The translations under genes were made by a program, and so were the position numbers. Below, one piece after another: positions 38,606 through 47,147 of a DNA stretch of 64,000 nucleotides (positions are counted from its first letter, which is position 1; each line of letters starts with the position of its first letter). The DNA lies in the NCBI GenBank assembly GCA_945863205.1, contig CAMAZK010000001.1, positions 2,683 through 66,682 of the forward strand. The letters are read 5' to 3'. Below the pieces are notes generated by a model that searched no databases, was not told the DNA's origin, and was given only the letters and a program-made list of their open reading frames with translations. This DNA comes from Akkermansia muciniphila. GTDB taxonomy: Bacteria; Verrucomicrobiota; Verrucomicrobiia; Verrucomicrobiales; Verrucomicrobiaceae.

Positions 38606-38836
38606 TTAGCTGCGGATTTCGGTGATCAACTGCTCCACTGAGGTTCCAGGCTTTCCGGTGGCGCATTGTTCTCTCAAATGTCTGACCTCTTCCAGCCAGG
38701 CTGGGTGCTGTGTTGTGGCAGGCTGGTCGTCCTTAGCCGCCGTCTTCAAGCGTGCTTGCAGCCATGAGAGCAGCGACCACTGGTCTTGCGCAGGCAGCTC
38801 CGCCACGGCGGACTCGATTTGAACTAAAGTACTCAT
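38606..38836 (-). CDS. putative antitoxin
   Basis: 76-aa ORF (MSTLVQIESAVAELP...) ending 4 bp before the PIN gene start. Confidence 0.65.
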   Translation of the reverse strand: MSTLVQIESAVAELPAQDQWSLLSWLQARLKTAAKDDQPATTQHPAWLEEVRHLREQCATGKPGTSVEQLITEIRS

Positions 38837-38921
38837 GGGAATGATTTTAAGCGGTGCCGCATGTCTCGCAACTCGCATCATCCATGTTGCCGCCAGTCCG
38901 TCACGTGGCTATCTCTCCGCC

Positions 38922-39533
38922 ATGAGCAACGCAATCGCTCTTCAACCCGTAACCTGGCAACGCATGGCCAAAGGCATCGACGGCGTGAGAAAGCGTCTCG
39001 AACACGCAGCCGCTGCGCTGGTGGAAGTCGGTGTTCATTATGCCGTGGTCGGTGAAAGTGCCGTCGCGGCCTGGGTTTCGCGTTTGGATGAAAGCGCGGT
39101 TCGTAATACGCGTGACGTGGACATCCTTCTACGCCGCGAAGATGCCGAAAAAGCCCGCGAAGCCCTTGAGGCAGCCGGGTTCGTTCATCGGCGCGTCGCC
39201 TCACTGGGCAAAGCCGGTGCCATGGATGTCTTCCTCGACGGCCCCGACGCCAAAGTGCGTGATGTGGTCCATGTGCTCTGGGCAGGCGAAAAACCCGTGC
39301 CAGATGCCATCGAGAACACACCCGAACTGCACGAAACCGAGCCGGGTGAAGGCTTTGAACTCGTGCCGTTGCAGGACCTCGTGCGCATGAAGCTCATCTC
39401 TTTCCGCGACAAGGACCGCATGCATCTTCGAGACTTGCTTTCGGTCGGTCTGATCGACGAAAGCTGGAGCGTGCGCTTTCCTGGGGAACTCGCGGCACGG
39501 CTCCAGGTCATCCTGGATGATCCGGAGGGCTGA
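38922..39533 (+). CDS. nucleotidyltransferase-fold protein (AbiEii/MNT-like)
   Basis: YAVVGESAV...RNTRDVDILL, C-terminal KLISFRDKD. Confidence 0.7.
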   Translation: MSNAIALQPVTWQRMAKGIDGVRKRLEHAAAALVEVGVHYAVVGESAVAAWVSRLDESAVRNTRDVDILLRREDAEKAREALEAAGFVHRRVASLGKAGAMDVFLDGPDAKVRDVVHVLWAGEKPVPDAIENTPELHETEPGEGFELVPLQDLVRMKLISFRDKDRMHLRDLLSVGLIDESWSVRFPGELAARLQVILDDPEG

Positions 39534-39538
39534 ACATA

Positions 39539-39673
39539 TTCCACCAAGCCGAATGCGAGCGCCTCCGCGCCGAGCTCCAAACGGCGCACGATGCCAGCAC
39601 GCTGCGCGAGATGCCGGAGGAGGCCACGCGGGCGACGCTGAATGATCTGCTCGTACGGGTGAGGATGAAGTAG
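39539..39673 (+). pseudogene. C-terminal remnant of a second RlaP-like nucleotidyltransferase
   Basis: Start-less 44 codons FHQAECERLRAELQTAHDASTLREMPEEATRATLNDLLVRVRMK*, resembling the C-terminal helix of the partner paralogue. Confidence 0.55.
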
Positions 39674-39731
39674 CTTCGATTGGCAATCGAAGCCAAACCT
39701 CCAAACGGATTCGATTGCCAATCGAATCTAC
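39670..39731. repeat. GTAG-type REP doublet (REPIN-like)
   Basis: GTAGCTTCGATTGGCAATCGAAGC on the + strand and GTAGATTCGATTGGCAATCGAATC on the - strand; each is internally palindromic. Confidence 0.7.
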
Positions 39732-39955
39732 TCCTCGCCAATCGACTCGGTCGGGCAGCCTTCGAGAGCTTCGCGGCACAGGGCGATCTCTTCTTCGGTC
39801 TCCGGCTGGCGGAAGACGAAGCTTTGCCCGATTTCGTCGTCCCGACGGAAATGATTGGGAGCGGTCGAGGGGCAGAGACCGCAGTCAATGCAGGTCGAAT
39901 CGACATAGAAGCGTCCGGGGGCGTTTTGAGGGAGGCGGTCAAGGATGTTGGGCAT
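39728..39955 (-). CDS. ferredoxin (single 4Fe-4S cluster)
   Basis: FYVDSTCIDCGLC...CPTESIG. Confidence 0.9.
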   Translation of the reverse strand: MPNILDRLPQNAPGRFYVDSTCIDCGLCPSTAPNHFRRDDEIGQSFVFRQPETEEEIALCREALEGCPTESIGEE

Positions 39956-40003
39956 GAGGTGAATTGGGTTGGTTGACGGCCCCTTCCTCGTTCAGGCCAA
40001 GAA

Positions 40004-40018
40004 ATGCGTGAAGTGCAT
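40004..40018. promoter_or_regulatory. LysR-type binding box
   Basis: ATGC-N7-GCAT (T-N11-A) between the divergent ferredoxin and LysR genes. Confidence 0.6.
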
Positions 40019-40033
40019 AAAACTCATGCTTTG

Positions 40034-40945
40034 ATGCGTAGCGTGCAAAAATACCTCGCCACGAAACCTTTCGATCTTCATGCGCTGCATCTGTTTCACC
40101 TCGTGGTCAAGCATCGCAGCTTCACGCGGGCGGCGCGGGAGGCTGGGCTGTCTCAAAGCGCCCTCACACGGCAGATGCAGTCGTTGGAGAGTCGGTTGGG
40201 CGTGGACCTCATCAACCGCACCACGCGCTCCGTCGAGGTGACGGAGGCAGGTCACTATCTCGCAGCGGAGGCGGCACGGCTCATTGGCGGTGTCTCGGCC
40301 ACACTCGATGGACTGCAAACGGCCTTTGGCAGCGCTCGGCCGGAGGTGCGTGTCAGCGTGTCACGCACGCTGGCGATGGCGCATATGCCCGGCTTGTTTC
40401 ATGCTAATCATCAGCGCCATCCCGAGGTGGCCTGCCGGGTCAGCTACCATGCTGGCGGTGCGATCCTGACCGCGTTGGATGCCAATGAGACGGACATCGG
40501 CGTGCTTTGCCCGCCCGCGAAGCTGCCGGACTCGGTCAAGATCACCCATCGTTTCAAAGACCGCTTCGAACTCATCGCTCCGTCGGCTCTCGCCGCACCG
40601 AAGCGAGCCGACAGGCTCAAACTCTGGCTCCAGCAGCAGTCCTGGCTCATGATCGACGCCGGAACGAACACCGGCCAGTCCCTCCGACGATGGATGAAGA
40701 GAAATGGCCTCGCCGTGACGCCGATGATGGAACTCGACAGCTTTGACCTGATCATCAATCTCGTCGCCAGCGGCTACGGCGTCGCCTTCGTGCCCCGCCG
40801 TGCTCTGGCGCTGTATCGGCGAAAGGAATCGCTGGTGACGCTGCCATTCGTGGAGCACTTCGAGCGTGAAGTCGTCGTGCTCACTCGCAAGCATCGCAAA
40901 CTGCCGGTGCATGTGGCGACTTTTGTTGAGAACATCCTTTTCTGA
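40034..40945 (+). CDS. LysR family transcriptional regulator
   Basis: SFTRAAREAGLSQSALTRQMQSLE...RTTRSVEVTEAG. Start 40034 preferred because 40004 lies inside the LysR box. Confidence 0.93.
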   Translation: MRSVQKYLATKPFDLHALHLFHLVVKHRSFTRAAREAGLSQSALTRQMQSLESRLGVDLINRTTRSVEVTEAGHYLAAEAARLIGGVSATLDGLQTAFGSARPEVRVSVSRTLAMAHMPGLFHANHQRHPEVACRVSYHAGGAILTALDANETDIGVLCPPAKLPDSVKITHRFKDRFELIAPSALAAPKRADRLKLWLQQQSWLMIDAGTNTGQSLRRWMKRNGLAVTPMMELDSFDLIINLVASGYGVAFVPRRALALYRRKESLVTLPFVEHFEREVVVLTRKHRKLPVHVATFVENILF

Positions 40946-40947
40946 CA

Positions 40948-41592
40948 ATGAGAACCTTCCTTGATCAATGGCTGCCGCTTGCGGAGCGAACGGGCATTGT
41001 GGGGGATGCTGCTGGATGGCATGCGAGGCTGGTGAAAGCCTACGGCGAGCGGCGGCGGGCTTATCATTCGCTGCAGCACCTGGAGGAGTGTCTGGGCGTG
41101 TTCGATGAGGCGAAGGGGTTCATGCAAAAACCCGATCTCATCGAGATGGCGCTGTGGTTTCATGATGCGGTCTATGATCCGAAAAGTGGCGACAATGAGG
41201 CTTTGAGCGCGGCGATGGCCGTCGAAGCGCTTGCAGGCTCCGAAACGGCACACGATGTGGCGCGGCTGATCATGCTCACGAAGTCGCATGAGCCCGGTGA
41301 AGGGCCGGATGACGCGTGGATCATCGACATTGACCTCGCCATCTTCGCACAGCCGGTTTCGCGAGTGCTGGAGTATGAGCGGCAGATTCGCGAAGAGTAT
41401 GCCTGGGTGCCGGAGGAGGTCTATCGCGAGAAGCGAGCGGAGGTTTTGCGAGACTTTATGGCCCGTGAGCCGATTTACCGGACGCCGTGGGCGTGTGAGC
41501 GATTCGAGACGCTGGCGAATGAGAGGCTGCGATTAGTGATCACCAGCCTGGCAACGTGGGCCTTTGGATTCGGCATGATCGATTCGGAATAG
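40948..41592 (+). CDS. predicted HD-superfamily metal-dependent phosphohydrolase (COG4339-like)
   Basis: YHSLQH, WFHDAVYDP, DIDLAI, IREEY. Confidence 0.8.
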   Translation: MRTFLDQWLPLAERTGIVGDAAGWHARLVKAYGERRRAYHSLQHLEECLGVFDEAKGFMQKPDLIEMALWFHDAVYDPKSGDNEALSAAMAVEALAGSETAHDVARLIMLTKSHEPGEGPDDAWIIDIDLAIFAQPVSRVLEYERQIREEYAWVPEEVYREKRAEVLRDFMAREPIYRTPWACERFETLANERLRLVITSLATWAFGFGMIDSE

Positions 41593-41614
41593 GCCAGCAC
41601 AGAGTGCAGCTGGA

Positions 41615-42889
41615 TCACGTTCCTTTGATCTCTGCCGCATCAAAGACCTCAAACCGGACCTTGGGGTGCTTTTGACTCAGGGAGCAGCGATGCCATTTGC
41701 CTTCGAGCTGGGCCAGCACATGGCGACGTTCGGCGGCGCTGAGTTTGCGCCATTTCACTTCGGCGACGAGCAGACGTTTCGCGTCCTCGGGATCGGGGGC
41801 GACGAGGTCGAGTTCGATGTCTTTTTCCCAGTAGCGGGTGGCGGCGGGAAAACGGGCGCGGCAGGCGTCCTCAAAGACGGTGGAGGCGTGGTCATGGATG
41901 AGTTTCTGCTTTTCCTCCGCCGAGTAGGTCATCCAGCGGCTCTGGTGCGGTGAATAGACACGGAACCAGAAACGCATCGTTGGATCGGCGATGCGGTAGA
42001 GAATCTTCTTCGTGGTGCGCACGCTTTCGCCATACGGCAGCTCACGCTCGAGCACGGAGGCGTCGAGGAGCTGTTGGAGCAGGCGGGAGAGATTCGTCTG
42101 CGCGGTGCCGAGGCGCGTGGCGATCTCGGAAGGGCGCTCGGCACCACGGCCAACGGCTTCGAGCACGGAGACGGCGTTCGCGCCGATGACGCCCTCGTCA
42201 CGCAAGATGCGCTGCGGCTCCTGCTCCATGTAAGGGGCGAAGTCGAAGTACAATGCCTCGGCCAATGCGATGGCATCCGCGCCCTTTTCGACGAACTCCC
42301 AATACTTCGGGATGCCACCGACGAGCGAAAATTGCTCGAAGGAGGCCATGTCCGCCGGTTTGAGGCTGCTAGCCTGGCAAAAGGCGGCGTAGTCCATCGG
42401 CTTCACATGCAGGAGCTTGTGCGCCCGGCCATAGAGCGGCGCGGCGCGGTTCAGGAAGAGATCGTTCATCATCCGCGTGCTCGATCCGGCGAGGATGAGC
42501 AGGCAGCCTTTCGGGATGGACTGGTCGATCCAGCGCTGGAGCTGGCTCGGCAGCGAGGCATCCACTGCGGTGAGGTAGGGAAACTCGTCGATGCACAGCG
42601 TCCAGGGCTTCTTTTGGAGTGAAAGCACCTCCAGCAGCTCCGGCCAGGTTTTCGGCGTGATCTGCGTGCCAAGACGACTTTGGATGTCCTCAAACACCTG
42701 CCTGATCTGCATGTCCTGCGGACCTTCGATGGCCTGGCTATACATGCCGCCATTCTGCGCGATCCAATGGCGCAGCAGGCGGCTTTTCCCCACGCGCCTG
42801 CGCCCAAAAATGATCAGCAACCCGCCTTTGCGGGCTGCGGAGGCCAGTTCAGCCTGCTCTTTGATGCGATTGACGAAGTCGAGGTTCAT
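41615..42889 (-). CDS. AAA ATPase (archaeal-ATPase type) with wHTH and PD-(D/E)xK domain
   Basis: FVNR, GRRRVGKS, CIDEFPY, GSS, GGIPKY, ELDLVA...AEVKW. Confidence 0.85.
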   Translation of the reverse strand: MNLDFVNRIKEQAELASAARKGGLLIIFGRRRVGKSRLLRHWIAQNGGMYSQAIEGPQDMQIRQVFEDIQSRLGTQITPKTWPELLEVLSLQKKPWTLCIDEFPYLTAVDASLPSQLQRWIDQSIPKGCLLILAGSSTRMMNDLFLNRAAPLYGRAHKLLHVKPMDYAAFCQASSLKPADMASFEQFSLVGGIPKYWEFVEKGADAIALAEALYFDFAPYMEQEPQRILRDEGVIGANAVSVLEAVGRGAERPSEIATRLGTAQTNLSRLLQQLLDASVLERELPYGESVRTTKKILYRIADPTMRFWFRVYSPHQSRWMTYSAEEKQKLIHDHASTVFEDACRARFPAATRYWEKDIELDLVAPDPEDAKRLLVAEVKWRKLSAAERRHVLAQLEGKWHRCSLSQKHPKVRFEVFDAAEIKGT

Positions 42890-42922
42890 GCGGCGGAGTG
42901 TAACCGACCGCCTGCATCATCG

Positions 42923-42953
42923 CAAACATTATGTCTCGCGAGCATAATGTTTG
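42923..42953. promoter_or_regulatory. near-perfect palindrome upstream of the ATPase gene
   Basis: CAAACATTATG(T)CTCG|CGAGCATAATGTTTG. Confidence 0.55.
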
Positions 42954-42987
42954 AGGGTCACCGTTTGCCTTATGCTGGTGCTGAGGC

Positions 42988-44307
42988 TCAAATCACCAGC
43001 GCATTCTCCGCGTCGCCGAAGTGGCTGGTTTTCACGCCCATGCGGTCCATGAGGGCGATGTGGAGGCGGCAGAGTTTGCGGTTTTCGTCTTTGCTGAGGT
43101 CGTGGAAGCGGCCGCCTTGGATGGTGCCGCCGCCATTGCCAGCAAGGACGACCGGGAGCTGTCTCGAATCGTGCGCGTTGCCGTCCATGAGGCTGCTGGT
43201 GAGCAGGATCATGCTGTTTTCGAGAAGGGTGCGCTCGCCTTCGTTCGTGGCCTGCATCTTGGCGAGGAACTCGGCCCAGAGTTTGACCTGATGCTCGTTC
43301 ACGCGCTGATACATGCTGAGGCGGTGCTCATCACCGGCGTGATGCGACAGCTCGTGGATGCCGCCGCTGATGCCGTCGAGGCTGGGGAAGCGCATGTTGG
43401 AGAGGTCGTTGTTCATCATGAAGGTGGCGACGCGCGTGCGGTCCATCTGGAAGGCGAGGAGCATGATGTCGAACATGAGGCGCAGGTGGTCCTCGCTGCT
43501 GGCGGGGATGCCAGCGGCGGGTCGGCCGAGCGTGACCGTTTTCACACTGGGCTGCCAGCCTTGGCCGTTGGTCTCGGCCTGGCTGATTTTTTCAGCGAGC
43601 TCGACGCGCTGCTCGATCTCGCGCACGGAGGTCAGGTATTCGTCGAGCTTCTGCTTGTCGCGGCTGCTGAGCTTCGGTTTGAGGCTGCTGGCGTCCTCGA
43701 GCACGAGGTCGAGGATGCTTTTGTCGCGCTTGCGCTTGCTGCCGTCGTCAAAGAGTTGGTCAAAGGCCTGCTGGGGGAAGATTTCCTTCGGCGCGGGCGT
43801 CGTCGGTGTGCTCCACGAGATGTAGGCGGAGTAGATCGAGGTGAAGCCGCTGTCCGTGCTGTAGCTGGGGCGCTCGGTGCCGAGCACGACGCTGGGCACG
43901 GGCGTGAATTTACCCGTTTGTGCGGCGATGAGCTGATCCATCGTGGTGCCGACCTCGACATCGGTGGTGGTTTTTTTCACCTTCAGGCCGCAAAGCACGT
44001 TCATCTTCGGGTAGTGGCCGCCTTCGCCTTCCACGGTCGTGGGATTCCACAGGCCCTGAAACACGTTCACATGCTTCTTGAGTCCTTCGAGCGGCGTGAG
44101 CGATTTCATCAACTCCATGCCGCCAGCGCCCATTTTGGCACCCCAATGATGCGGATTGACGCCATTGCCGGTGAAGCACACGGCGAGGCGGCGGGGCGCG
44201 GTGTTCGTTTTCGGCGATTCAGCTCCGAAAGCGCACACAGACTCCAACCAGGGCAGCCCGAGGGCGGCACCGGTGCCACGGAGGAAAAGACGGCGGGATG
44301 TGTTCAT
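42988..44307 (-). CDS. DUF1552 (HXXSHH) protein with Tat signal
   Basis: SRRLFLRG..LGLPWLES, ISW, HELSHH, GNAHD..QLP. Confidence 0.88.
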   Translation of the reverse strand: MNTSRRLFLRGTGAALGLPWLESVCAFGAESPKTNTAPRRLAVCFTGNGVNPHHWGAKMGAGGMELMKSLTPLEGLKKHVNVFQGLWNPTTVEGEGGHYPKMNVLCGLKVKKTTTDVEVGTTMDQLIAAQTGKFTPVPSVVLGTERPSYSTDSGFTSIYSAYISWSTPTTPAPKEIFPQQAFDQLFDDGSKRKRDKSILDLVLEDASSLKPKLSSRDKQKLDEYLTSVREIEQRVELAEKISQAETNGQGWQPSVKTVTLGRPAAGIPASSEDHLRLMFDIMLLAFQMDRTRVATFMMNNDLSNMRFPSLDGISGGIHELSHHAGDEHRLSMYQRVNEHQVKLWAEFLAKMQATNEGERTLLENSMILLTSSLMDGNAHDSRQLPVVLAGNGGGTIQGGRFHDLSKDENRKLCRLHIALMDRMGVKTSHFGDAENALVI

Positions 44308-44481
44308 TGGGGGGGGGACAAGAGAGACGCTGATGGAGGGCCGAAGTTTGCACCCATCTCAAGGCAAGCACGCAGGAGGCCAAGAAAGAGCAAGTCAGCG
44401 GCGGTAGGTGAGTACGCCGCAGCGTGGTCTGCGGATTCGACTGCTCATGGCATCATGCTGGCTCTGCTTCTCCAACATGGG

Positions 44482-44540
44482 CCCACCGATTCAGACCCAC
44501 CACCGATTGAAGGAATCGGTGGTCGCCCTGAATCGGTGGG
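44482..44540. repeat. nested inverted repeat / long hairpin
   Basis: CCCACCGATTCAG..ACCACCGATT-gaagg-AATCGGTGGT..CTGAATCGGTGGG. Confidence 0.65.
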
Positions 44541-44637
44541 AAAAACCAATCCATGGTTACGCGAAGTATTCTTGATGAAGAAGAGGGTCAAATCCCGCGA
44601 TTGCGCCGGACGAGAGGCGACGTATCACTCGGACGCC

Positions 44638-45822
44638 ATGAACCGACCCACCCAGCTCATCTTCTCTGTTTCGCTTCTGACCACCGCCGCGCTCGCCGAG
44701 GGCGGCTTTTACGGCGATCCTCCGGACGCGACGCACCCGTGGGCGATTCATGACATGAACCGGCCGCAGCCGGTGCGGGTGGAGCCGGGGACCTTCAGCT
44801 CGCAGGAGGTGCCGGGGATTCCGCCTTCGGACGCGGTGGTTCTTTTCGGCGGGAAGGCGGAGGACATTGAGAAATGGATCTCCGACAAGAACGGCGAGCC
44901 GACGAAGTGGGTGGTCAAAGACGGCGTGCTGCAGTGCGTGCCGGGCAGCGGCTACATCCGCACGAAGGAGGAGTTCTCCGACTGCCAGCTTCACATCGAG
45001 TGGAGTGCGCCCAGCAAGGTGGAGGGGACCAGCCAGGGCCGTGGAAACAGCGGCGTGTTCCTCATGGGCCAGGTGGAGGTGCAGGTGCTCGATAATTACA
45101 ACAACCCCTCCTACCCGGACGGCATGGCCTCATCAATCTACGGCATCAATCCGCCGATGGCGAATCCGCTGCGTGCTCCGGGCGAGTGGCAGAGCTACGA
45201 CATCGTCTTCCGCCGCCCGATTTTCAAAGACGGCAAGGAGATCGACCCCGGCTACATCACGGTTTTCGTCAACGGCGTGCTGACGCAGGACCACACGCCG
45301 CTGGAAGGCGGCGGTGGCCACAAAAAGCGCTCCAAGCCTCGCGCATTTCCCGATCAGGGGCCGCTGAAGATCCAGGACCACGGCAATCCGGTGCGCTTCC
45401 GCAACATCTGGTACCGTCCGCTGCCGAAGCGTTTCGTGGACGGCGGCGAGTACAGCCGCATGAGCGAGGAGGCGACGGCCACGAAGCGTGCTGAGATCGC
45501 CAAAGGCATCCGCGAGGACGCGGCGAAGCTGGAAGGCAACGCTAAAATGCTGCGCCTGATGGAGTCGCTGTGCTACGCGGACGACGCGGAGGCGCGGGAG
45601 TTTGCGACGGCGGCAGTGGGCGACTTTGTGGCAGGGATGAAGGCCGTGCCTGCCGACAAGATCGAATCGAAGAAGGCCGACATCCTGAACGTGGCGAAGG
45701 CGCTGCGCTACATGACGCAGTTCAAGTTTCTGCCGGAGGAGCTTGCCGCGAAGCAGGACCTCGAAGCGATCATCAGCGAGCGCGACTGGGAGCCGAAGCC
45801 GAACGCGAAGAAGAAAAAGTGA
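44638..45822 (+). CDS. DUF1080 (3-keto-disaccharide hydrolase family) protein with C-terminal helical extension
   Basis: PPSDAVVLF, QLHIEW, GNSGVF, EVQVLD, QDHGNPVRFRNIW. Confidence 0.85.
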   Translation: MNRPTQLIFSVSLLTTAALAEGGFYGDPPDATHPWAIHDMNRPQPVRVEPGTFSSQEVPGIPPSDAVVLFGGKAEDIEKWISDKNGEPTKWVVKDGVLQCVPGSGYIRTKEEFSDCQLHIEWSAPSKVEGTSQGRGNSGVFLMGQVEVQVLDNYNNPSYPDGMASSIYGINPPMANPLRAPGEWQSYDIVFRRPIFKDGKEIDPGYITVFVNGVLTQDHTPLEGGGGHKKRSKPRAFPDQGPLKIQDHGNPVRFRNIWYRPLPKRFVDGGEYSRMSEEATATKRAEIAKGIREDAAKLEGNAKMLRLMESLCYADDAEAREFATAAVGDFVAGMKAVPADKIESKKADILNVAKALRYMTQFKFLPEELAAKQDLEAIISERDWEPKPNAKKKK

Positions 45823-45837
45823 CCGATGCGCCTCAGA

Positions 45838-45896
45838 CAAGGAGGAGGGGACTCCGTCCCCTTCATCACTGGGGGACATAGTCCCCCGTTCCTTGG
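45838..45896. repeat. REP-like inverted doublet
   Basis: CAAGGAGGAGGGGACTCCGTCCCCTT on the + strand and CCAAGGAACGGGGGACTATGTCCCCC on the - strand, between convergent genes. Confidence 0.6.
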
Positions 45897-45907
45897 GCTG
45901 GCTCGAC

Positions 45908-46579
45908 TTACTTCTTGTCAGCCTTGATCTTGCCCTCTTCTTCGAGCTTGTGCTTGAACTTCTCGGTCTTGGGATCGACGACGGCGCGGACGTAGCCCTG
46001 GTTCGGATTCCGCTCCTTAAAGTTCTGGTGGTAGCCCTCGGCGGGATAGAATTTTTTCAGCGCGGCGATCTCCGTGGCGATGGGGACGGTCTTGAAGTAC
46101 TTCGCCTGGGCGGCGGCTTTTGATTCTTCGGCGATTTTCTTCTGCTCGTCGTTGAGGTAGTAGATCGCGGAGCGGTACTGGGTGCCGTAGTCGTTGCCCT
46201 GGTAGGGGGTGCCCTTCGGCAGGAACTTGCCGTGCTTGTACATGTCCTCGGTGGTCACGCTGGTGGGGTCGTGAGCCTGCCAGAAGAGGTCGATGATCTC
46301 GCGGTAGGTGACGACGGCGGGGTCGAACTCGAGCTTGATGACCTCGGCGTGGCCGGTGGTGCCTTCGCACACTTCTTCATAGGTGGGGTTGTCTTTGTGG
46401 CCGCCGGCGTAGCCACTGATGACTTTTTTCACGCCGTTGAGCAGGAGGTATTGAGCCTCGGTGCACCAGAAACAGCCGCCACCGATGATGGCGGTCTCGG
46501 TTTTTCCGGCGGGGGCATCGGCGGCGTGGGTGGTGATGGCGGCCATGAGGGCGAGGAGTAGGACGGGGATGGTTTTCAT
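45908..46579 (-). CDS. msrA: peptide-methionine (S)-S-oxide reductase with signal peptide
   Basis: GGGCFWC, GYAGG, PTYEEVC, GHAE, QGND.GTQYRS, AEGYHQ. Confidence 0.93.
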   Translation of the reverse strand: MKTIPVLLLALMAAITTHAADAPAGKTETAIIGGGCFWCTEAQYLLLNGVKKVISGYAGGHKDNPTYEEVCEGTTGHAEVIKLEFDPAVVTYREIIDLFWQAHDPTSVTTEDMYKHGKFLPKGTPYQGNDYGTQYRSAIYYLNDEQKKIAEESKAAAQAKYFKTVPIATEIAALKKFYPAEGYHQNFKERNPNQGYVRAVVDPKTEKFKHKLEEEGKIKADKK

Positions 46580-46725
46580 GGTGGAGATACGAACGAAGCG
46601 GAAAGCGGAGTCAATCATGCGTGTGGTGGGAGGGCAAACTTTCGATGGAATTCCCGCCGGGACGGAAAACATCGCCCGGCGCTCATGGCTTTTGCATTTC
46701 TCCGCCGTCTCGGTTTTCTGGACGC

Positions 46726-47106
46726 ATGGACGAAATCTCGACTCTCTGCGCCCGGGTGGGCGAACCGAAGCTGCGCGACATGGTGACGGCGTTTTACCGG
46801 CAGGTTCGCGGGGATGACCTCCTCGGCCCGATGTATCCGGCGGACGACTGGGAGGGAGCGGAGAAGCGGCTGGCGGATTTCATCGTTTACCGCTTTGGCG
46901 GGCCGCAGACCTACATCGAGGAGCGCGGGCATCCGCGGCTGCGGGGGCGACACATGCCGTTTTCCATCGGCGAGGCGGAGCGTGACCGCTGGCTGGAGCT
47001 GATGGGCGCGGCGATGCGGGAGGTGGAGATCCCGGCGGCGGAGGCACCGGTCATCGGTGGGTTCTTCGCACAGGTGGCGGACATGATGCGCAATCGCGAG
47101 GGGTGA
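46726..47106 (+). CDS. group II truncated hemoglobin
   Basis: FY, FGGPQTY, GHPRLRGRH.PF.I, RDRWL. Confidence 0.85.
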   Translation: MDEISTLCARVGEPKLRDMVTAFYRQVRGDDLLGPMYPADDWEGAEKRLADFIVYRFGGPQTYIEERGHPRLRGRHMPFSIGEAERDRWLELMGAAMREVEIPAAEAPVIGGFFAQVADMMRNREG

Positions 47107-47147
47107 ATCGAGCTTGTCAGCGGTGGCGACCACGGGATGATGAGCGC

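Noticed and set aside
44308-44317. Poly-G run just upstream of the DUF1552 start as a phase-variable element
   Set aside because: Short, outside the CDS, and no evidence of length variation from a single sequence.
43021-45822. 933-aa + strand ORF
   Set aside because: The first ~540 codons are the antisense shadow of the DUF1552 gene plus spacer; the real gene starts at 44638 with a signal peptide.
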